Source: Eledone cirrhosa
Lineage: Eukaryota
Length of the DNA: 64,000 bases
Assembly (NCBI GenBank): GCA_964016885.1
Contig: OZ024741.1
Span: 182,466,001-182,530,000 of the forward strand
Reading direction: 5' to 3'
Position 1 is the first letter of the stretch; each line of letters starts with the position of its first letter. This document shows, one piece after another, positions 54,825 through 64,000 of this stretch. The notes below the pieces were generated by a model, which had not been told where the DNA came from, did no database searches, and was given only the letters and a program-made list of their open reading frames with translations. The position numbers were made by a program, and so were the translations under genes.

Positions 54825-55341
54825 AAATCAAATGCACCTCATACTTCGCTAAAGGGACTTAAAGAGTGCTCATTTTGATGAAACATCGTAGTTATGTTGT
54901 ACGAAAATGATTAAATCAACTTTATATATAGTCATTGATTCATTCAATGATTGATTCATTCATTCATTTAAAAGATTGGGGGTGGATAATTCTCTCAATG
55001 AAAATATATCCACTTTTTTATAGTTTAGTCAAGGATAAGCACAGTGTCCTTGACCTTTTCCAGTGCCATCAAAACTGGTGGGAAGGAGAGAGAAAGGTAC
55101 CATGAAACAGGAGGGTTGGTGCAAATGCTTGCAATATAGTGGAGTCCGCTAAAGGAACCAAGGGATCAGGTGGTGGTATTAAACCGGTCAACAGATAATA
55201 TCTACCAGCCATAAAAAGCATGTATTGAGTTCTATATATGTGTGCATGTGTGTGTATGTGTATATACATAAATGCACACACACATACACACACGCACACA
55301 CACACAAATACATATATATATCTATATATATATATATATAT

Positions 55342-55538
55342 ATAGGAACAAGTAAGACCCCGACGGCTGAGCTCAAGCCGTTTCGACGGCTAATTCTGGA
55401 GTCCAGAATTAGCCGTCGAAACGGCTTGAGCTCAGCCGTCGGGGTCTTACTTGTTCCTATTACCCACTCTACTACCCTAAGTATTGAGTACTTTGGTGCG
55501 TTATGGTCCACCTGGTTCCTTACCACATTTCCTTCGTT
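55342..55538. mobile_element. Fold-back element family A copy
   Basis: Perfect palindrome ~55342-55460 centred at ctgga-g-tccag, plus a ~79-nt tail. Confidence 0.9.
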
Positions 55539-55552
55539 ATATATATATATAT

Positions 55553-55742
55553 AGGGCGGTGGATTGGCAGTATCGGTGGAGGGTCGGACGCCATGCTTTC
55601 CAGCATAGTTACGTCCCTTTACGATCTGAGTTCAAATCCTGCCGAGGTTGACTTTGCCTTTCATCCTTACGGGGTCGATAAAATAAAGTACCAGTAATGT
55701 ACTGGGTAATTGCTGGCCTTGTGCCAAAAGTAGAAACAGTTA
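55553..55742 (+). mobile_element. SINE copy inserted in (TA)n
   Basis: Same family as 8334. Confidence 0.92.
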
Positions 55743-55766
55743 TATATATATATATATTATATATAT

Positions 55767-55882
<116 letters not shown>

Positions 55883-55884
55883 AG

Positions 55885-56035
55885 TTAGGTTAGACCATTA
55901 CTCACTAGAGTACTCGATACTTGGAGTAGTAGAGCATGGTAAAATTATAATGAGTCGGGACACCGACGGCTGAGCGCTTGCCGTTTCAACAGTTCGTTTC
56001 CAGAATCTGGAACTAGCTGTTGAAAGTACAATGGA
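55885..56035 (-). mobile_element. Family A-related element
   Basis: RC: gaaacggcaagcgctcagccgtc...ctctactactccaagtatcgagtactct; fold-back in helix II. Confidence 0.7.
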
Positions 56036-56062
56036 ATCTTATGTCTACATATATATATATAT

Positions 56063-56450
56063 AAGCAAAAAGGATATTTAATTTGTTGGTAATTCAACAA
56101 ATATATATGTTTATAACTGATTCGAAGCACTCACCAAGTTTTCTGGAGTATAATATCAATGATATTAAATAAATGGAAACTATGTTTATAAAACCATATT
56201 TATTCTATTATATATATTTCAAGGGTACCAAAACTTTGGTACGCTCTCATCAGATAAAATACAAAGTTTGTTTTATAAATATTGACATATCCAGGAAGAT
56301 CTTAACAGTTCAAGTTTTTCCAGGAAAAACTTGAACCGTTAAGATCTTCTTCCTGACTATGTCAATATTTGTAAAACAAACTTTGTATTTTATCTGATGA
56401 GAGCGTACCAAAGTTTTGGTACCCTTGAAAATAGAATAAATATGTGTTTA
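56063..56450. mobile_element. Fold-back element family C with HHR in both arms
   Basis: Palindrome centred ~56322; tail on the left. Confidence 0.85.
56201..56261 (-). ncRNA. Hammerhead ribozyme, family C
   Basis: RC: TATTTTAT CTGATGA GAGC GTACCAAA-GT-TTTGGTAC CCTT GAAA TATATA TA ATAGAATA; AUA triplet. Confidence 0.85.
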
Positions 56451-56480
56451 TAATATATATATATATATTATATATATATA

Positions 56481-56528
<48 letters not shown>

Positions 56529-56801
56529 AAATTAAGATAAATTAAATGAATTTAATCCAAATCGAAATTGTGGGTGTCATGTCATAACGGCATGCGCCAT
56601 ATCGCCTGGAAATAAGCTCAAAGATACATCCGAGCATTTTATAATAACTACAAGTTGATTAACATATAAATATACATGAATAATCACAGGAGATTATTCA
56701 TGTATATTTATGTATATATTTATGATTATTCATGTATATTTATATGTTAATCAATTTCTAGTTATTATATATATATATATATATATACATATATACATAT
56801 A

Positions 56802-56980
56802 TGAAAAGATTCAGGATCCCGACGGCTGAGCTCCGGCTGTTTCGACAGCTAGAACCGAACAGTTCGGATCTAGCTGTCGAAACGGCTGGAGCTCAGCCGT
56901 CAGGGCCCTGAATCTTTTCATATTACCCACTCTTCTACCCCAAATATCGAGTACTCTGTTGGGTTACCATAGCCTCTTTT
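56802..56980. mobile_element. Family A-related fold-back element
   Basis: Palindrome centred at ccgaac-a-gttcgg; GAAA CGGCTG-GAGCT-CAGCCG TC half-HHR; tail ttacccactcttctaccccaaatatcgagtactct. Confidence 0.82.
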
Positions 56981-57443
56981 ATATATATGTATATATATAT
57001 ATATATAATAACTAGAAATTGATTAACATTATATATATATATAAGTTTCTATTGTACTTCTTCCTATTTTAATGAATGAAGTACCTTATCTTTACTACTT
57101 TGCACGCTACACACGTAGACACAAATATATACACAACAGCAACAACAACAATAACTTATTAGCAATATTAACTTTTTTTCTTTGCATTTTTTGTTTTGTT
57201 TTATTTCTTGTTCTTTTTGTTGTTGTTTTTTTATCGTTTCGTTTTTCGTTGGGTGGGGTGGGGTGGGGGTGTCTGATATAAACTTTGTTTTCATTACAGC
57301 TGCGCTATCTGGTGGAGAAATTATAGCACAACTTGCCATTTTAATTCTTTGCAATGCTTAACAACGAGCCAGAGTGGCAATTATGAAGCTATGTTACTGA
57401 AGAGAGGAACATGCTGAGTTGAATTGGGCTTATGATAAAAATG

Positions 57444-57506
<63 letters not shown>

Positions 57507-57782
57507 GTAATAGTAATAATAATAATAATGATTTCATTTATTGGCCACAAGGGCCGACATATAGGGGACAACACAATAGACAGGGACAGTGGGGGTTTAC
57601 ATAGAGATCGAGTAAGTATAAATAACAAAAAAACAAAATAACAATAAAAATACAACAATGAAAGTTCCCCAATAAGAGGGATCACCACCCAGGGTTGACT
57701 CAAGCACCCCACCAGTCCTGAGCCACCCGACGCTCCTAGGGCACCCGGGAAGGGCACCCCTCTCCTTCTCGAATTCACCAGC

Positions 57783-60700
57783 CTACAGGCGCATGATCAG
57801 AGTAGGCCCACTCACGCGGGCCATTCTCGCCACATTCACCCACCTTTCAGTAAATGTACTGGGGGGCAGCACTCCTCTCTCCACCCTCACCTTCCTTTCC
57901 AAGTGAAACTTGAAGAAGTTGATGAGGGATTGGCCGAAGAGAAAAGTGTCTGTCTTCAGTCCTTTCAACCTGGTCCACCATGCAACCTCTTTCGCTACTG
58001 CCACCAGGCAGAGGAAAATTGACTGCCCTTCTTGACCAAAAGAAGGCGGCGGGTCAATCTTCACTATGGACTCGGACGATAGCCGGATCCGTTCTACACG
58101 CGACAATAGCTGTTCGACATAACCCCACAAGTCAGCAATGCACGGACACTGGACGAGTGCGTGCAGAACGGTTTCGTCGCTCTGCGCGCATCTCGGGCAG
58201 GTTCGTCTGACAGCACTTCCGTGCCTGTAGAGTTTATCCCGAACCGGCAGCGCCCCCCGGTAGCACTGCCAAGCGAGGGATTTCTGGAAGTTATCCATCG
58301 TCCCCGGCTCGAAAGTCCTCCGGAACATACTGGTCAGTTCTACTTCGTTGACGCCTAGAACCTCTCCTAGTACGTCATCGTACTTGCCCTCCACTAATCC
58401 TCTATAGAAATCTTGAGTGGAAGTTCCACTGACCGCATTGCCCACCTTGCAGAGTGCAGTGAGCGCCTGGCAACATTCCAGATGCCAGTCGCCCAGTCTC
58501 GGTCTCTTCTTGACCCAGGACTGCAGCTCAGTCAAAGAGATGAGCTGCGGAAAGGCCCGTCTAACAAACGGCGACCACACCTGTTCACCGTTTAGGCAAA
58601 ATATCTGGAGATGTCGCAGCCTCAGCGCATGTCTGCGCATCATTAGCCACGGCATGCCCAGCCCTCCACGAAGAGGGTGCTGGCAGCAGATGGACCGCCT
58701 CACCAACGGGACCCGTCCCCTCCACAAAAATTTGAAAAGGAGCCGTTCCAAATTGGCGAGGCGTGGACGGGGGCAAGGCACGACGGTCAGGCGGTAGTAG
58801 ATGACGGATGCGATGTACGCGTTCGCCACCTCCGCCCGCCCTTTCAGTGATAGCTTTCTCTCAGCCCATTTCTGGGTGAGGTTGGCTATCCTGCTCGTCA
58901 CCTCGTCCCAATTCTTATCCACCTGGAGGTCTGGTCCGAACCAAACCCCGAGCAACTTTACCGGTCCGTCTGTCCAGCGCCCAACGACGCTGTTGGACGG
59001 CATGGACTTGCCTCTCCAGGTGCCGAGCTGCAAGCCCACCGACTTTTCCGGGTTAAGTTTTGCTCCCGTCAACCTTTCATATTCCTCCAAATGGGTGCGG
59101 ATCACCTCGATTTCCGAGGTGTCCGACACCATCACGGTGATGTCGTCCGCATAAGCGGACGCAGCCTTTCTGCGTCCCGGTTCGAGCGGGATGCCCTGCA
59201 ACAACTCCAGCTTCCGCAGTAGAGGCTCAAGAGTCAATACGTACAGAAGTGAGGAGAGAGGGCACCCTTGACGGACCGATCGAGAGATCTGAAACGGTTC
59301 CGAGAGGTGGCCATTAACTTTGACCACCGAGCAGATGCCGCTGTACATTGCAGCGATCCAGCTTCTGAAGACGAGGCCGAAGCCAGCCGCCTCGAGGACA
59401 GCCTCCAAGTACCGATGGTCGACCCTATCGAATGCTTTCGATTGATCTAAATTGATCAGAGCCCCACCGAAGCCAGGTTTGCACCCAACCCTCTCTATGA
59501 TGTATCGCATGAGGTGGAGGTTGTCGTGTATGGACCTGGTCGGGATTGCGCAAGTTTGCGCCTCCCCAACCAAATCTTTGACGACAAGCGCCAACCTTTT
59601 CGCTAACACCTTGGCCAAAATCTTAAACTCTGTGTTGAGCAGGGTTATGGGCCTGAAATTATCTAGTGTGTCCCTCTTGTTCTCGTCTTTCCTTATCAGC
59701 GTCACTACGCCACGGCTCACAGAACTGGGAATGCTCCCGTTCTGCTGCCAGTTGCAGTAGAGCGCTTCGAGGAGATCGGAGAACAAGTCTGGCATATTTA
59801 CGTAAAGCTCGTAGGGCAGACCATCCAAACCGGGTGACTTGCGACTCGAGCAGCCGACAAGGGCGTCCTGAATTTCGACTGATGTTATCGGCTCTTCGCA
59901 GCGCTCAGCGTCGGCCGTCGAGAGGCGTGGCAAGCCGTCGAGGTAGGGACTGAAGTCCGCCGCCGTCTCCGACTCACCCATCCTCCCGAACAATCGAGCA
60001 AAGTGCTGGCGAAAGGCCTCACACATCTGCTTGGAATCGCTCAGTTCGTGTCCATCTCGATCCGTCAAAGACCGAATTGTGGTTTTATTTCCACGCTGCG
60101 TCTCTGCAAAGCGAGCCCATCGGGCAGCTTTGGTTCCCTCGTTCCTCAGAGCACGCGCCTTAGCTCTGACAATGCAACCTTCGTGTTTCGCATTGAAGAA
60201 ATGGTCTAGTGCCATTCTCGCCGCTAGCACGTCTGTTGCAATGCCACTACAAATAGCCTCGTCTAACTTAGCTATCAGCCCCTCCTCCTTTCTATTTTTC
60301 TCTATTGCTACTTCTTTGCTAAATCCTATCGAGGTTGCTCTAATCTCACTTTTGAGTGCCCCTCACCACCTGTTGTTGACAACCCCCCCCTGTCAACTTT
60401 TGCTTAACTAAGTTGTTGACCCGGTCCCTGTAAGCTTTACGCGCCGGAAACGACATGTTTAGCTTCCAGTAGCTAGGTCCTAACCTACGTGTCTTATCTA
60501 GGTCGACCATACAGATCACAAGCTTGTGATCTGAATAGGCAACCGTTTTAAAATGTGGACATCCTACACTATTTCTATCTCTTTTCCTAATGAAAATCCT
60601 ATCTATGTACGATCTAGATGACCCTATGCGATTGGTCCAGGTCCATACTGGCGCATTAGGGAAATCTAGTCGGTACCTGTCAGACAGTTGAAACTGGCTG

Positions 60701-61204
60701 ATCAGGTACTTGAGGCTTTTGCACCCCCCCGCTCCTATCAGATACTCCCACACAATCCCAGCGTGCTTCTAAGATGCCATTCCAATCCCCTATTAACAGT
60801 AAAGGGCGAGACGTAAGCAGAAAGTTTTCCAGGCGCCTAAAGAAGTCCGGCCGACCGGCCCCAGTAGGGGCGTAGACGGCCACCAGTCTAAAGGCACCAC
60901 CTTCGCTATTGCTCACGTCCAGGACCACCAACTTTCCGTCAGGATCCCGGAAGATTGACCTTACCTCGAGATCCAGACATTTCCTAAACAGCACAGCCAC
61001 TCCACCTCCCATTCCCGGCCGACTAACAGATGCAAAGATCTGATAATCGTCGAAAATCGGCGCCAGTGCGCGTGTGTCGGAAATTCTGGTCTCGCTGATG
61101 GCAATTACGTCCATTCCTAGTGACCTGAGGTCGTTGAGCAAGTGACCTTGCTTCCAGGGCGACCCCAGGCCACGAACATTTAAACTTCCTACTCTTATGG
61201 CCAT
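57783..61204 (-). pseudogene. LINE ORF2: AP endonuclease + reverse transcriptase + CCHC finger (2 frameshifts, 1 stop)
   Basis: SLNVRGL, ISETR, VYAP, IGDWN, YIDRIF, SDHK; KSPGLDGLP, LDQSKAFDRVDH, VRQGCPLS, YADD, CPRC..ETVLHALVQC; frameshifts in G-runs at ~60725 and ~60385, TGA at 60363-60365. Confidence 0.95.
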
Positions 61205-61233
61205 GCTGGCAGGATGAATGGGAGAGGAAAGGT

Positions 61234-63143
61234 TTACTTACCTTCCGGGGTCTTGTGAAGGTCGGGTGGTTCGACCTCCATGGTTTGTGGGGTTTCTTTT
61301 GGGAACCCCTTTAATAGTCTTGACGTGGGTTTTACGTTCGGGGTTCCCACATCCCGAGGAAAGCTCTTTCGAATTTCTTTGTATGAAGCGAGCGACATTC
61401 GCATCAGAAGCAAATTATCTGGTACGCGAAATGTGCTCGCTTCAAATGTTTCCCCGTCTTTTTCGATGTTTGTGCTTCGTGCTACATGGGCCATCAATTC
61501 CTTGTTGGCCCTTCTGGCAAGCACGAAGTTTTTAATGTTTTGTTGCTCGGGTTTTATTTGTTCGTGTGATTGTGGTGGTGATAGCTTTGTTAGTGTTGTT
61601 TCTATTGTGTCTGCGTTTGTTGTGGGTGGGGTGTCTGTAGTTTCTGATGTTTGTGTGTCTATTTGTTCTTGTGTCTGTTTAGCTTGTTTGCGTTTGGGGG
61701 ATTTTGGTGGTTGTGTTGGTGATGCTGTGGGGAAAATGTTTGTGTGGGTGGTGTGTGTATTTTTTTTGTGGGGGTGTTTGTGCTTTGTGGATTTCTTTTT
61801 TTTTTGTGTTTTGTTTTTTGTATTTTGGGGGACTTTGGTTTTCCCTCATCTTCACTGCTGGAGGATGAGGGGTCTGTGGCTGTGAGCGTGTTTGTGTCTG
61901 AGTGAGTGTTTATGTTCTTGTTCGTGTGTGTATTTTGGGGGGGAGGGGGAATGGGAGAGCTTTCCTCGTTTCCCCCCTGGGTGTGCAATTTTGGTGGTTC
62001 CATTGTTGACGGTGTTGCTGGTGGTCCTTGTCCCGGCGTCGCCAGCAGTGGAATCTTTCGACCCCTTGCGCTTTTCGGCAGTTGAGGGCAGAAGGCTCGC
62101 AAGTGTGTCGTTTCCCCACAAAGGAAACAATGCGGCCTTTTGCCCTCAGTCATTATATGCAACACCCTCCCGTTTTGGAGGCGGATGTGGTCCGGGATTG
62201 CTTTTACGTTTTCGGGTCTGATTTGGAGCAGTATCTCCAGATCAACCCCGGACCAGTCGTCCCTGGCAGTTCTCGTTGCCTCTACCGGGACTGTATCCGT
62301 TCCTTCCACGATTACGCAACCCAGGAGCCACCACATATCAAGTCCTGGTGGAATCCTGGGAATGCGCACACGTGCTATTCGTTTTCCCATGTGGGAGGGG
62401 TACATTATGACCTTGCTGGTTTTGCAAGGGGTCATTGAATGCTTCACAGCGAGGGCTTCAGACTTGAACAGCACCGAAACGGTGCCGTATTGCCTGCCCC
62501 TCTCTATGAAGTCTGTGTCCTCTCTGATGTATTTCAGTGCGGCTTCTATATCAGCTTGGGCGATTATCGCTGCCCTCTTTGTCTCTACTGAGATGCATCT
62601 GAAATGCACCGTTCTTTTTTCTACTGCCTCAATGGCTTCTGCCGGGACAGTTAAGTTTGCCCAGGTCTGCTCTTGATTTATGATTTTCCAGGCCTGGGCC
62701 AACTTTTCCTTTCTGTTGGTTAAGTCGATGCTGTAGCATGGTCTCCTTTTAGCCGCTGCCACAGCAGCGAAGGTGTTCTTGTTGGTGTTGTCACTGTTGT
62801 TGTTCTTGTTGGTGTTGCTGCTGCTATTGCTGTTGTTGTTCTCCCCTGTGTCGTGGTTACCCTCTGTGCTGTTGGCCTTGTTGGTGCTGTTGCTGTCGCT
62901 ACTATTACTCTCTGTGCTGTTCGTTTTGTTTGTGCTCTCGCTATTACCACCTTCTGCGCTGTTCGGCTTGTTGGTGTTGGTGTTGTCGCTGTTACCACCT
63001 TCCGCGTCGCTCGGCCCGTTGGTGCTGGCACTGTCGCTGCTCACACTCGTGCTGGTGGCGCTCCTCGCCTCACCTCTCCTCTCAACGCTCAAGTCGCCGT
63101 TGCACGACAGCAGACCCGCCTCTAGGGGGCGTGGCTCCGCCAT
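61234..63143 (-). pseudogene. LINE ORF1 (gag-like, CCHC zinc knuckle), one frameshift
   Basis: ATG at 63143 (MAEPRPL), CFLCGETTHLRAFC; a second frame is open from 61851 to the stop at 61234, implying a frameshift between 61659 and 61851. Confidence 0.85.
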
Positions 63144-63431
63144 GTTTTTTTGAGAAAAAAAATTATTATTTTTTTCCAAAATAAAGTTCAAATATTTGGG
63201 CCAAAAGGCCCAAATATTATGAGTTATTCCTTCACAGGATACAAATGAATGTCTTATAATGCTTCAGCGGTACAAAAAATAAACAATTCTCTACAATTAA
63301 TCCTCAAAAAATTGCTTACTCACGGAGCTTCAAAAAACGTACATCCACTTTCGTCAATAATAATAATAATAATAATAATAATGGAGATCATGAGGAGGAT
63401 GAGGATGAGGAGGGGGAGGGTGGAGGTGGAA

Positions 63432-63580
63432 GATTTCTACTTTAGGCACAAGGCCAATAATTTTTATGGAAAGGGAAAGTTAATTATACCAACCCTGGTA
63501 TTTTACTGGTACTTTATAGTATCGACACGTGAAGAATGAAAGGCATTTGAACTCAGAACATAAAGAACCGGAACAAAAAC
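63432..63580 (-). mobile_element. Old SINE copy
   Basis: tttctactttaggcacaaggcc...ctggtacttta..atcgac..gaatgaaaggca. Confidence 0.75.
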
Positions 63581-63936
63581 TGTTAAACCACCACCTTTAG
63601 TGCTACGTGTAACATATGTCTCTAATTATTTACATCCACTCAAATACCTTGTACATAGAAACATTTCACATATACAATAGCGTTGTATTTTGTACATAAC
63701 CTTGTGTGTGTGTGTGAGAGAGAGAGGGGGGGAGTGTGTGTGTGTGTGTGTGTTTATCACCTCAGGCGATCTTCCGATCGAACCAGGAAAACAAATTCAT
63801 ACTCGATGTCCCGCTCCAACATTACTGTTCATATGTTTGATAAAGCCTTCAATGTGATAAACAGGTGAAACTCCAGAGTAACACGACTCACTATTTACCC
63901 TTAATAAAATGAATATTAAAACTCCACATACGGATT

Positions 63937-64000
<64 letters not shown>

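Larger units (their letters stand above)
57530..63353 (-). mobile_element. Near full-length L1/Tx1-like LINE within an (AAT)n tract
   Basis: ORF1 with zinc knuckle, ORF2 APE-RT-zinc finger, 3' end aataaatgaaatc(att)n; (aat)n also abuts the 5' side at 63354-63380. Confidence 0.92.

Noticed and set aside
60363-60365. Programmed readthrough/selenocysteine at the in-frame TGA of LINE ORF2
   Set aside because: Context RW*G fits a simple TGG->TGA mutation, and the copy also has frameshifts

Overview
Repeat-dominated eukaryotic (animal) DNA. It is probably cephalopod/octopus-like, which I infer from the SINE families and extreme microsatellite load. I could not recognise a host protein-coding gene; almost all short ORFs in the track are microsatellite artefacts. 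Recognisable protein-coding remnants are all transposon-derived: a near full-length L1/Tx1-like LINE (57.5-63.4 kb), a 5'-truncated Penelope-like element (PLE, RT + GIY-YIG) at 27.9-31.3 kb, and RTE, CRE-like (RLE), Helitron and Tigger remnants. There are also >20 copies of a tRNA-derived SINE. The most striking feature is hidden between the (TA)n tracts: a dense set of short non-coding elements from roughly a dozen sequence families. Most families carry a minimal type I hammerhead ribozyme (HHR) motif in at least one copy; about 18 motifs were read by eye, several with a compensatory U3-A8 core. Most elements share a stereotyped fold-back architecture with one arm bearing a 3' tail and one arm ending at a fixed internal TA-like site. 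They look like non-autonomous PLE derivatives/retrozymes targeting (TA)n. All RNA structures were folded by eye, none is experimentally tested, and coordinates are hand-counted (a few bp of error is possible).
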